A DNA stretch of 25,707 nucleotides, taken from assembly GCA_046543235.1 (NCBI GenBank), contig JBKGZT010000016.1, positions 1-25,707 of the forward strand, read 5' to 3'. Of the stretch, positions 1 through 8,656 are shown one piece after another. Source of the stretch: Candidatus Acetothermia bacterium. GTDB lineage: Bacteria; Bipolaricaulota; Bipolaricaulia; M55B111. The notes under the pieces were generated by a model. That model worked only from the letters and a program-made list of their open reading frames with translations, was not told the origin of the DNA and ran no database searches. Positions within the stretch are counted from its first letter, which is position 1. Each line of letters opens with the position of its first letter. A program made the translations under genes and the position numbers.

Positions 1-189
1 AAAAGCCCAACTTCTGGGGACATATTTTGAGAAATCCGAGGGTTCGGTGCAAATACGACCCGGCGCGTAGATCGTGTGAGCCTCGTTGGCCGGGTCCGGC
101 AACAAGTCGTCAGTTTAGGTAGCCATCGTTTTTCAGTCATCACCCCGGGTTTTGTCAGAAGGTCGGGTCTTTGAATCCGAGCTTCAGTG

Positions 190-2055
190 TTATATTCTCT
201 TTGCTACCTGGTAGCCGGATTTAATCGCGTCTTCCGCCTTTGCCGGCTCTCTGGCGTCTCCGATTACGTCGGAAGGAATAGCGAGTTCTTCCTCGTCGAG
301 CGGGTTGTAGCTTTTCACCCCGGTGACGACTACGAATTCTTCCACTCCTTCCCAGTATAATTTTTCGCCGTTTTTGGTGGCAAAGACCTTGTCGTCTTCT
401 ATTCGCTCGATATCCGTCTCGGTCGCTATCTCCACGTTATCCCTTTTCCCCAGCGAGTTCAGGAGCTGGGCCTTTTCCAGACCGATCATGTTCCCTCCGA
501 CCTCCGGCAGGATCTCTACGAGGGTGACCTCGTTCTCTTTTTCCGCCAGTGCCTTGGTGGTTTCGACGCCGACCAGCCCCCCTCCAATTACCATGACTTT
601 CTTTCCCGAAGGAATGTTATCCTCCTTCAGCACCTCGGCCCACCTGTAATCGTCCAGGCCCTCTATCTCCGGAAAGACGGGGCGGGCTCCCGTGGCGACG
701 ACGACGTGGTCGTATCCTTCCAGGTCTTCCTTCCTGGCTTCCTTTTTTACGACCTCGATTTCTCTATCCCTTACCTCACTGATAAAGTAATCGATCCCCT
801 TCTGGAGGGGGTCCTTGCCCGGAGGAAGGGGCGCGAAATTGAAGACCCCGCCGAGCTCGTCTTTCTCGTAGAGGGTAACGTCGTGGCCTCGTTCGTCGAG
901 AGTTCTTGCCGCGGACATCCCGGCCAGGCCACCACCGACAACCGCGACCTCCTTCTCGACTTCCGGTTCTTCCAGACCTTCGAAGTCCTTTACTGCAGGG
1001 TTCATCAGGCAGCCCAGACCCTCGCCCGACTTTACCCCGCCCAGGCAGCCGTCCGAACACGCCAGGCAGGGGCGAATCCTCCTGTGGATTTCTCCGGTGT
1101 ACTTGCCGACGAAATCGGGGTCCGCTACCAAGGCCCGTCCGACAGCCAGGAAGTCGGCCATCTCGTTTTTCTTAATCTTGTCGACGTCTTCTTCCTCGTT
1201 GATCTGACCGACCGCGGTGATAGGCACGGGGAGCTCTTCTTTGAGCATGCTTGCCATTTCCCAGGTCCTTCCTTTGGGGGTGAACATGTGCTGAAAATAC
1301 CAGGGAGGAGTCGTGCAGACGGTCCCGGCCGAAACGTGGATCCCGTCGACCCCGTTTTCCACCAGCCGGCGAGCAAACTCTTTAGACTCCTCGAAGTCTA
1401 TTCCCCCTTCCACCATTTCGTCGCCGCTCAACCGGACCTGGACGGGGAGGTTGGTTGCCTCCTTGACTTCTTGAAGTACCTCGAGGCCAAACCTGGCCCT
1501 GTTCTCGAAGGAACCCCCGTAACGGTCCTCCCTGTCGTTTACCCTTTTTGAGAGAAACTGGGCCACGAGATAGCCGTGACCGAACTGGAGTTCGATCAGA
1601 TCGAAGCCGGCCTCTTCCGCCCTAACTGCCGCGTCTCGGAAGAGAACTTTGGCATTAAAGATGTCTTCTTCCGTCATCCTTTTCGGTTCCGCTCCGCCGT
1701 TTTCGCAGGCCACGTCCGTCGAGGAAACGTAGTAATTTTCGTCTATCTTTGGGTTGGCCATCCGCCCCGGATGGTTGAGATGTGCGATCGCTTTTGCCCC
1801 GTTGTCACCGACAACGCCGGTCAGTTCTCGGAGGCCGCTTAACTTGTCCTCGGAATCTATGCCCATCTGTGTAGGCAGCTCCCTCAACCCCCGATCGAGG
1901 TAAAAAGGTTCCGGGATCACTCCCCCGACGTGGGCCGCTCTGCGATCGTAGAACTCCAGGTGGCGTCGCGTAACCTCTCCTTGACCTTCGTTGTATCCCG
2001 TCTTAACGGGAGCCATGATGAACTCATTTCTGAATTCCGTATCGCCGATTTTCAA
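190..2055 (-). CDS. NADH:flavin oxidoreductase (OYE TIM barrel + 4Fe-4S + FAD/NAD(P) domains; 2,4-dienoyl-CoA reductase/BaiCD-like architecture)
   Basis: Motifs: IMAP, HxGR, ELQFGHGYL, QFLS..N.R.D.YGGSFENR.RF, GRALVADP, Fe-S motif CLACSDGC-x11-C, and two Rossmann motifs VVGGGLAG and IGGGLVG. The ORF track begins at 2130, but TTG at 2055 follows a GGAGGTG SD and is the likely start. Confidence 0.93.
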   Translation of the reverse strand: MKIGDTEFRNEFIMAPVKTGYNEGQGEVTRRHLEFYDRRAAHVGGVIPEPFYLDRGLRELPTQMGIDSEDKLSGLRELTGVVGDNGAKAIAHLNHPGRMANPKIDENYYVSSTDVACENGGAEPKRMTEEDIFNAKVLFRDAAVRAEEAGFDLIELQFGHGYLVAQFLSKRVNDREDRYGGSFENRARFGLEVLQEVKEATNLPVQVRLSGDEMVEGGIDFEESKEFARRLVENGVDGIHVSAGTVCTTPPWYFQHMFTPKGRTWEMASMLKEELPVPITAVGQINEEEDVDKIKKNEMADFLAVGRALVADPDFVGKYTGEIHRRIRPCLACSDGCLGGVKSGEGLGCLMNPAVKDFEGLEEPEVEKEVAVVGGGLAGMSAARTLDERGHDVTLYEKDELGGVFNFAPLPPGKDPLQKGIDYFISEVRDREIEVVKKEARKEDLEGYDHVVVATGARPVFPEIEGLDDYRWAEVLKEDNIPSGKKVMVIGGGLVGVETTKALAEKENEVTLVEILPEVGGNMIGLEKAQLLNSLGKRDNVEIATETDIERIEDDKVFATKNGEKLYWEGVEEFVVVTGVKSYNPLDEEELAIPSDVIGDAREPAKAEDAIKSGYQVAKRI

Positions 2056-2292
2056 GACTACCCCACCTCCCGATGATATATAAAGTCTTTTAAATGATTC
2101 ACAATTTCCTACATATTTTATCATATGCACAGATATAAGGCAACGAATCTCCTACTTTTTGCAAAAGCCCGGGTAATTCGATGATAGTGTAGAAGCAATT
2201 GTGTAAAATGAATTTATAGCTTCGGAAACCGTTCAGGAAAATCTCTCCCTGGATTTGTCGAGCGGTTTTCAAAGTTAGTCTTACACGTAAAA

Positions 2293-2301
2293 TGCTATAA
2301 T
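2293..2301 (+). promoter_or_regulatory. Extended -10 promoter element (TGnTATAAT)
   Basis: Exact TGCTATAAT at 2293-2301 in an AT-rich intergenic region. It points into 2308-2570, which has no ORF of 60 aa or more. Confidence 0.5.
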
Positions 2302-2312
2302 ATGGATAATTC

Positions 2313-2434
2313 GGAGGTTCCCGGGTTTTACCGATATTAAGCGCTTGTGGAACCCGTTAACTGGGTTAACTTCGGGATAAGAGGGGCTAGGTTTCTCAGC
2401 TTCCTCCAAAAATTATCGGTCGGGCGTGGCTTCC
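2313..2434 (+). ncRNA. Candidate structured small RNA (family not assigned)
   Basis: Pairing found by eye: 2313-2319/2428-2434, 2320-2323/2421-2424 and 2330-2336/2414-2420 enclose hairpins at 2353-2376 and 2381-2406. It lies just downstream of the extended -10 element. Confidence 0.25.
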
Positions 2435-2576
2435 ATCTCATAGAGCATGAAAAGGGGGACGTGCCGGCAAAATTCTTCCTGGTGGATTTCCAGAATGAAT
2501 GTAAATAGAAAAAAGACTTTTGGGCCAGTTGACGTTTTCTACGAACTTATCCGCCCTGTAGCCGACAACTGGGTCT

Positions 2577-3122
2577 TTAAGTGTCCGAATTACCTCCGGT
2601 AAATCGATTTGCCAGGCCGACGAAAAAGTCGGCGACTCTGTTGAATGCGCAAGCGGGATACTTTATCCAGGATATACCTTTCCCGAGACTTCTCCAGAAG
2701 CGCGGAAAGTAAATCCCGCTAAAGATTATCCCGAGGAGGAAGACCCCCAAAAGATAACTTAGGCTCGAGTTGTAGTCTCCCCAGGTGAGGAGAAGACCTA
2801 TTTCGTCCATAAGCAGCCCCAGCCCGAACCCGTAGGTGAGTGCCAGCTTTTCTCTGGTTATCCCGTGGTTTCCTGTTATCGCTATCCAGCCGGCGATCCC
2901 GATGAGGAGGATGCCGAAGTAGAAGTGGTGGATGTGGTAGCCGAAGAGGATGATATTCCGGCCGATGTAAAAATGGGTCCAGGAGGTTCCTTCCTTGACC
3001 ACGCTGGCTATCTCGCTGTTGGCCGAACCGGCAATTATCACCATGAGCCGGATCAATAGGAAGGAAGCCAGGTACGAGATGGCGATGAGAAAAGGGGTCC
3101 TTTTCTCTTTATCCGGGGAAAT
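2577..3122 (-). CDS. Integral membrane protein of unknown function (HIHH / GxGLxxDE motifs)
   Basis: Several hydrophobic segments plus GYHIHHFYFG and GFGLGLLMDE. The frame is open upstream of the ORF-track TTG (3056) through TPFLIAISYLASFLL. The start is uncertain; ATT at 3122 after AGGTGG is proposed. Confidence 0.75.
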   Translation of the reverse strand: MSPDKEKRTPFLIAISYLASFLLIRLMVIIAGSANSEIASVVKEGTSWTHFYIGRNIILFGYHIHHFYFGILLIGIAGWIAITGNHGITREKLALTYGFGLGLLMDEIGLLLTWGDYNSSLSYLLGVFLLGIIFSGIYFPRFWRSLGKGISWIKYPACAFNRVADFFVGLANRFTGGNSDT

Positions 3123-3222
3123 AGCGAACCACCTGGCGGTAGATAGTTAGTTTTGGCCTTGGGGCCTCACGACTTCTTTCGGAAACCAACCAGTATAATA
3201 ATTACCTTCTCCGGGGGGAGGT

Positions 3223-3490
3223 TCAAGTATTACGTTGGAGGTGGAAGCAAGCCCCGGTTTCTTTCTCCTCGATGGTCCGTTCCTTCCAGGTCCGCTCTGT
3301 CTTCCTGCTCCGACCCGATTTTCTGACCTACCATGGTGGTTAATGGTGAGGCCAGACCCCAGATAGCTATGTTGAGAATCCTGATTATCCTCCGGCCTAT
3401 CCCGCAGGCGGTGGCTGCGACCACTTCCAACCGAGATATCAGCCCCATCAGGATTACGGAACCCGCGCAAGTTCGACTCACCCCTTGTTG
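3223..3490 (-). pseudogene. MATE-family efflux transporter remnant
   Basis: VVAATACGIGRRII...IWGLASPLTTMVGQKIGSEQEDRA matches the MATE pattern AAygIg.ri...Gl..a.t.vGQnlGA...rA. There is an in-frame stop at 3491-3493 just upstream. The MATE-like tail TWKERTIEEKE continues in another frame from 3291. Confidence 0.75.
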
Positions 3491-3624
3491 TTAGCGATGT
3501 ACAGTTAACGATCACGAACGGTATTTTAGATCTAACGGTTTTTCAACAACCGCAACGGGGCGAGGTGATCTTTCCAAGTACCCCTCCGAGGGTTATCCTT
3601 ACTTTACCGGTGGTGATTATTTGG

Positions 3625-4092
3625 ATGATCATTTCTGACGACGATCTGATTGAAGGGCTGATAGACGAGAATCTACAGAAGCAACCAGCAGGGACTGATT
3701 TGACGGTCGACTGCGTGGAGCGGTTTATCGGCGAGGGACGGCTCGATTTCGACGACAGCTCGAGAAAAATAGCGGCTGGAGAGGAAGTAACCGGAGAAAG
3801 GCTGAAGGGAGGAGAGGCTTACAGGGTTACTTACAACGAGAAGATATCCGTGCCGGGCGACGCGGTCGGCCTGGTATTTCCTCGTTCTTCACTCATGCGT
3901 AACGGTTGTCATCTGGTTACCGCGGTCTGGGACCCGGGTTATAAGGGGAGGGGACAAGGACTGCTGCAGGTTCTGAACCCTCATGGAATTGTTGTTGAGG
4001 AAGATGCCAGGGTGGCGCAGATCGTCTTTTTCCGTCTCGATGAGGAGGCGAAGGAGAGCTACGACGGTACTTATCAAGGAGAAAACCTCTGA
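3625..4092 (+). CDS. dut: dUTPase, archaeal-type (trimeric dUTPase/dCTP deaminase family)
   Basis: Motifs QPAGTDLT, PRSSLMRNG, AVWDPGYKGR, RVAQIVF and YDGTYQGEN. ATG at 3625 follows GGTGGTGAT (the ORF track starts at 3565). Confidence 0.85.
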   Translation: MIISDDDLIEGLIDENLQKQPAGTDLTVDCVERFIGEGRLDFDDSSRKIAAGEEVTGERLKGGEAYRVTYNEKISVPGDAVGLVFPRSSLMRNGCHLVTAVWDPGYKGRGQGLLQVLNPHGIVVEEDARVAQIVFFRLDEEAKESYDGTYQGENL

Positions 4093-4110
4093 AGTAGAGG
4101 TCCAATCCGT

Positions 4111-5019
4111 CTACTGTCCCTTCAGGTCCTTCAGGCGTCTGATGAAGTGGTTAGCCTTAGAGGGTTCGATCTCCTCCTCGGGCAGGCCGAGGATTTCTTC
4201 TCCGTCCTTAAGGATCTTCCACTCGCCGTCCTGGAGTTTTATTTCGACGTCCTCGATATCGTGCTGGAGGCCGATCCCCCTTTCCCGGAGTAAGCCATTC
4301 AGGAAGCCGGAGAGCTGGTTTTCAATTAGACCATCGACCTTTTCGAGAATGAACCTGGTGAAGCCGCTGCTGTTTTCCGCTTCTCGTCTGACCTCGTCCC
4401 GAGCCCGGGCCAGTTCCTCGTTCAGGTCTTTGCTCAGCTCGACAGCCAGGCTATCCTCGGTCAAAACGAGGACCAGTTCGTCGTCCTTCGTGGTCAGCCT
4501 GCTTTCTTCCTTCCGCCAGAGGAGCTCGTAAATTCTTTGTTCGCCTATTCCTTTGAACTCTCTTGAACCGAGGTCGAGGTATTTGAAGGACCGGGACTTC
4601 CCCGCTTTCCAGCAGGACTCCGGCACGATTATTTGACCGCCTTTTGCGTGGTTACCTAGGCGGGCGGCCACGTTCACTGCGTGACCAAATATATCCCCCT
4701 CGTCCCTGATCGTCTTTCCGTGGTTGATCCCCACGCCTACGGTAATCGTGTCCCCGGGATTGGCTTCACTGTACTCGCTCAGGGATTGCTGCATTCCGAT
4801 CGCGGCCTTCTGGCCTTCGACGGGTGAGGAAAACGTCGTCATTACTCCGTCGCCGTAAGTCTTAACCAGGTCTCCCCCGTGCTCCCTTACTTTTTCCTTG
4901 ACCAGGCCGGTGAACTTCTTAACAAGCCGGAACGCCTCTCGGTCCCCTTTTTTGGCGGTGAGCGAAGTGAAGTCACGGATATCGCTGAAGAGTACGGTCT
5001 GTTCTTTTTTATGGGCCAT
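4111..5019 (-). CDS. Class III adenylate cyclase domain with an uncharacterised C-terminal domain
   Basis: LFSDIRDFT (first metal Asp), VKTYGDGVM (substrate Lys and second Asp), GINHG, DIFGHAVNVAARL (adenine-specifying Asp, transition-state Asn and Arg), and FKGI. Confidence 0.92.
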   Translation of the reverse strand: MAHKKEQTVLFSDIRDFTSLTAKKGDREAFRLVKKFTGLVKEKVREHGGDLVKTYGDGVMTTFSSPVEGQKAAIGMQQSLSEYSEANPGDTITVGVGINHGKTIRDEGDIFGHAVNVAARLGNHAKGGQIIVPESCWKAGKSRSFKYLDLGSREFKGIGEQRIYELLWRKEESRLTTKDDELVLVLTEDSLAVELSKDLNEELARARDEVRREAENSSGFTRFILEKVDGLIENQLSGFLNGLLRERGIGLQHDIEDVEIKLQDGEWKILKDGEEILGLPEEEIEPSKANHFIRRLKDLKGQ

Positions 5020-5035
5020 TTATCGCGTCGTTATC

Positions 5036-5458
5036 TCACCTTGAAAGGGCCATGTTGGTTTGCCTTAGCCGGTTAGCCAGCTCGGAGATTACTTTGGTGG
5101 CCATGTCGGGATATGTCTTAATGAGTGCCTTGAAATCCCAGCTGGTTATCAGCAGGCACTTCGTTTTTGTAGTGGCCACCACGTCCGCCGAGCGGGGTTT
5201 TTCGTCCAGAACGGCCATTTCCCCGAAGAATTGGCCGGAACCCAATCTGGATAAGGTCTTGTCGTCCTGCTTTACCTCTACCTGCCCATCCAGGATCAGG
5301 TAAAACCCAACACTGCTGGCGTCTCCCTGCCCGACGATCTTTTTTCCCTCTTCGAACTTCTTTTCCTTGGCGGTCTTCCTGACCGATTTGAGCTGCTTCT
5401 CGCTAAAACTTGAGAACAGGGGGACTTCTTTTAACAGATCCAGAGATTCTTGAGCCAT
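5036..5458 (-). CDS. Stand-alone cyclic-nucleotide-binding domain protein (no HTH)
   Basis: LKEVPLFS, FYLILDGQVEV and phosphate-binding cassette FGEMAVLDEKPRSADV. The 140-aa protein ends after the C-helix. SD is AAGGAGG. Confidence 0.93.
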   Translation of the reverse strand: MAQESLDLLKEVPLFSSFSEKQLKSVRKTAKEKKFEEGKKIVGQGDASSVGFYLILDGQVEVKQDDKTLSRLGSGQFFGEMAVLDEKPRSADVVATTKTKCLLITSWDFKALIKTYPDMATKVISELANRLRQTNMALSR

Positions 5459-5749
5459 AAATATCCTTCCTCCTTCTTTTGATTACTTAAATATATCACG
5501 CCCACAAGTAAAATACAAAAGGTACTAAAGCCGATTTCCAGGTTCGAATTGCGGGATGAGGCACGTTCGGTTGCTTGTAAAGCCGGGGAATCTCGGTTTA
5601 TATTTATGTGCGATCAATCCGGGTAACTGGTGTCCCTTGGGTTCTCTAATCCTTCCGGTATGGAACCAGACTTTTCCAGGAGAGGGCAATCCGGTTCTTA
5701 GGTAGGCCGGAGGAGTTAATCTTATTAGTAAAGGAGCAGAGAAAAGAAA

Positions 5750-6418
5750 ATGAAGGTCACACCGATTTCTCTAGGAACGACTAGCTGCTTCCTTTTGTCG
5801 GGTGAATTGGGAGGTTTAGTGCTGGTTGATGGGGGTAATCCCGGAGATGGTTTGGAGGTCAAGGAAGCGATAGAGGAGGTCGGTTACAGGACGAGCGACC
5901 TCACTCTGGTCGTCGTGACTCACGGTCACTCCGATCACGTCGGTGGTTTGGCCGAGCTCGAACCGTATCATTCAGCCAAAACCGTCGTCGGCCGGGAAGA
6001 CGTAAAGGCGCTTACGGAGGGCGAAGGAGCCCCGGTCGTTCCTGCCGGGCCGATAGGAAGGTTGTTGAAGCGGGTTTTACCCGAGAGGGATTTTGCCCCG
6101 CTCTCGGAGGAACCAGCCCGGATGGATGAGGAAAGCCTGAGTCTGCGGGCATTTGGAATTGACGGCGAGATCATTCACCTGCCGGGCCATACGAACGGAT
6201 CCCTCGGAGTGGTATCGAAAAAAGGGCCGGCTGTAGTGGGGGATCTGATTATGGGTCGGTACGTAATTTTCGGGCGCCCGCGGTTGCCCGTATTTGCCGA
6301 AGCCCCCGATGCCGTTGAGGAAAGCATCCGGAAGGTCCTTGAACGGGAACCCAGGGTAATCTATACCTCCCACGGAGGACCATATAAACCGGAAAGCTTA
6401 GAGAGGCTTCTGGACTGA
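5750..6418 (+). CDS. Metallo-beta-lactamase-fold hydrolase
   Basis: LVDGG, THGHSDHVGG (HxHxDH), PGHTNGS, VGDLI and SHG. SD is AAAGGAG. Confidence 0.92.
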   Translation: MKVTPISLGTTSCFLLSGELGGLVLVDGGNPGDGLEVKEAIEEVGYRTSDLTLVVVTHGHSDHVGGLAELEPYHSAKTVVGREDVKALTEGEGAPVVPAGPIGRLLKRVLPERDFAPLSEEPARMDEESLSLRAFGIDGEIIHLPGHTNGSLGVVSKKGPAVVGDLIMGRYVIFGRPRLPVFAEAPDAVEESIRKVLEREPRVIYTSHGGPYKPESLERLLD

Positions 6419-6447
6419 ATGATCGGGAGAAGGGTTTACACCTTAAA

Positions 6448-7926
6448 ATGAAAAGACGTAACTGGCTGGCAAGGTTGCGTTATCTCGGGGCATTGCTGTG
6501 GGTTTTCGGGTTGATTTTGCCCGCTCCCCTCTTTCTGGTTCCCTTCCTTCCCGAGATAGGGATTAGCTTCTCCACGTTTGCACCCTTTTTGATCCCGGCC
6601 GGGGTCTCCCTTGTGCTTGGAACCTTGCTCAACCGTTCGATCAAGCTTAGGCCACTCTCGGGAAGCGGAGCAATAGTGGTCGTTACTCTCGGTTGGTTTA
6701 TGGTTTCCGCAATAGGAGCTGTTCCCTTCGTAATCGGTCTCGGTTTGGGTTTTGTCGATGCTTTTTTCGAGGCAGCCAGTGGCTTTACCACGACCGGGAT
6801 TACGATCCTGATAAACCTGGAGGAGTTGCCGAAAACTCTGATCTTCTGGCGCTCACTTACCCAGTGGATCGGTGGGCTTGGGATACTCACCCTCTTTTCG
6901 GTTCTCGTCTTCAAAGGGGAAGCTTCCCACAAGTTATACGGCGCGGAGAGTCATAAGGTGATTTCCGAAAGGCCGGCTCCCGGTCTTTTTAGCACGTTAA
7001 AGATCCTCTGGGCCATCTACTCGTTGTTTACTGCGGCCGTCTTCTTTTTGCTCTGGCTGCAAGGGATGGGCTGGTTTGATTCGATTAATCACGCGCTTAC
7101 CACCCTTTCCGCGGGTGGGTTTTCTCCTCACGACGCAAGTATCGATTACTACCGCCAGGCCGGCTTTAAAAACTACAGGCTGATAGAGTACACGATTATA
7201 GGCGGGATGACCCTGGCCGGAATGAGTTTTGTCATCCATTATCGAGTACTAAAGGGGAAGATCTCTTCCCTCTGGGACAGCATGGAGGTCAGGCTTTACT
7301 GGAAGATAATCGGGGGGGCTACCGGGCTCGTCCTTGCCAACCACATGCGGGTTCACGGTCTGGCCGGCGGTCTGGATGCCTTTCGGCATTCCTTGTTTCA
7401 GGTGGTATCTCTACTAACCACGACAGGTTTCGGCACGAAAGATATCGCGGGGGGATTTTTCCCGGGAATGGCCAAGCAAGTATTCCTCTTCCTGATGGTC
7501 GTCGGGGGGATGGTGGGTTCGACAGGAGGCGGTCTAAAAGTCTTCCGGGTTGGGGTTCTCTGGAAGACCGTCAAGAGGCAGCTGAGGAAGACCGTCCATT
7601 CGCCGAGGACCTCGAACCCCCTCGTAATTGACGGGAAAAAGATTCCGGGGGAGGAGGTCAGGAGGATAGCCTCTCTGTTTTTTGCCTGGATCGCTCTGAT
7701 TCTGGCGGGCGGGATGATTACTGCCTTTTTCTCCTCCCTTTCTCCACTGCAGTCCGTTTCGGGGATGTTCTCTGCCCTGGGTAATATCGGACCGAGCTTC
7801 ATACCGTTGGAGGAATGGCCCGAATTACACCCGGTGATAAAGGTTACTTATTCTATAGGCATGCTGGCGGGCAGACTGGAGATATTGCCCGTACTTTTGC
7901 TATTTAGTCGAAAAGCCTGGAGGTAG
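6448..7926 (+). CDS. trkH: Trk potassium uptake membrane protein TrkH
   Basis: Four pore-loop motifs (SGFTTTG, TLSAGGF, LTTTGF, LGNIGP), plus WRSLTQWIGGLG, GSTGGGLK and MLAGRLEI. Confidence 0.96.
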   Translation: MKRRNWLARLRYLGALLWVFGLILPAPLFLVPFLPEIGISFSTFAPFLIPAGVSLVLGTLLNRSIKLRPLSGSGAIVVVTLGWFMVSAIGAVPFVIGLGLGFVDAFFEAASGFTTTGITILINLEELPKTLIFWRSLTQWIGGLGILTLFSVLVFKGEASHKLYGAESHKVISERPAPGLFSTLKILWAIYSLFTAAVFFLLWLQGMGWFDSINHALTTLSAGGFSPHDASIDYYRQAGFKNYRLIEYTIIGGMTLAGMSFVIHYRVLKGKISSLWDSMEVRLYWKIIGGATGLVLANHMRVHGLAGGLDAFRHSLFQVVSLLTTTGFGTKDIAGGFFPGMAKQVFLFLMVVGGMVGSTGGGLKVFRVGVLWKTVKRQLRKTVHSPRTSNPLVIDGKKIPGEEVRRIASLFFAWIALILAGGMITAFFSSLSPLQSVSGMFSALGNIGPSFIPLEEWPELHPVIKVTYSIGMLAGRLEILPVLLLFSRKAWR

Positions 7927-7928
7927 AT

Positions 7929-8627
7929 ATGTATATCGTGATAGCGGGAGCAGGACTCGTCGGAAGAGGTCTGACTAGAAGGCTCGTGAACAACAAGCAC
8001 GACGTCGTGGTGGTGGATAGCGACGAGGATGTATGTGACCGAATATACCAGGAATACGGGGCCGTTGCAGTGAACGGCGACGCCACGGACGTGAACGTCC
8101 TGGAAGAGGCGGAACTCTATCGCGCGGACGTCTCCGTGGCGACGATGCGGAGGGACGCGGACAACCTTTCCTTTTCCCTGCTTGCCGACAACTACGGAGT
8201 TTCAAGAATATTTGCCCGGATGAGAAACGTCAAGTACGAGGATGCCTACAGGGCGGCGGGCGTGACGAACGTGATCAATATAGTAGATCTATATCTGGAT
8301 CAGTTCACGATGGAGATCGAACAGCCAAAGTTACAGAGGGTGGCGACTTTCGGCGGCGGGGAGGCCTCGATCGTTATAGTAGCGGTTCCCGAGGACGCGG
8401 AGGCTGCGGGAGAGACCATCGCGGATATCACCAAGGACAAGAAGTTTCCTGAAGAGTGCGTCATAGCGGGTATTTACCGCGAAGACGAGTTCATCATCCC
8501 CCGGGGCAACAGGACAATCATGGGGGGAGATAGGGTGTTCCTCGTTGCCAACATCAACAATATGGTGGGAGCTGCCAGGTACCTGGGGGTCCGGGAGAAG
8601 AGTTGGTTCGAGAAGCTTCGACCCTGA
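7929..8627 (+). CDS. trkA: TrkA/KtrA-family K+ uptake regulatory subunit (RCK_N + RCK_C)
   Basis: IAGAGLVG Rossmann motif, GDAT...L, and C-terminal RCK_C IIPRGN..I..GDRV. It starts 2 nt after trkH with a GGAGG SD. Confidence 0.93.
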   Translation: MYIVIAGAGLVGRGLTRRLVNNKHDVVVVDSDEDVCDRIYQEYGAVAVNGDATDVNVLEEAELYRADVSVATMRRDADNLSFSLLADNYGVSRIFARMRNVKYEDAYRAAGVTNVINIVDLYLDQFTMEIEQPKLQRVATFGGGEASIVIVAVPEDAEAAGETIADITKDKKFPEECVIAGIYREDEFIIPRGNRTIMGGDRVFLVANINNMVGAARYLGVREKSWFEKLRP

Positions 8628-8656
8628 ATTGGAGGTTCCCGGCGAAGGCGAGCGGT

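Noticed and set aside
1..189. Possible gene start on the minus strand at the left edge
   Set aside because: One frame (MTEKRWLPK...) is open to the edge but unrecognisable. Another reads MAT* and then DDLLPDPANEAHTIYAPG. There is too little sequence to call either.
706..1551. 281-aa plus-strand ORF and the other antisense or overlapping ORFs in the track (e.g. 3983-4531, 6480-6932, 12176-12685, 22119-22523)
   Set aside because: They are shadow frames of well-supported genes, with no motifs or ribosome-binding sites.
2087..2104. Rex- or CRP-like operator upstream of the oxidoreductase
   Set aside because: Only one good half-site (TTCACAA) is present. The other half matches TTGTGAA at 4 of 7 positions in AT-rich DNA.
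3147..3515. 122-aa minus-strand ORF
   Set aside because: It is an alternative frame over the MATE remnant and has no recognisable motif.
4111..5458. Pycsar anti-phage system
   Set aside because: The cyclase keeps the adenine-specifying Lys/Asp residues, and the cNMP-binding protein has no TIR or TM effector. The surroundings are not a defence island.
5605..5749. Riboswitch (c-di-AMP/ydaO, fluoride, SAM) in the MBL-trkHA leader
   Set aside because: Only a short TCCGG/CCGGA hairpin is visible, and the conserved aptamer motifs were not found. A cmscan search would settle it.
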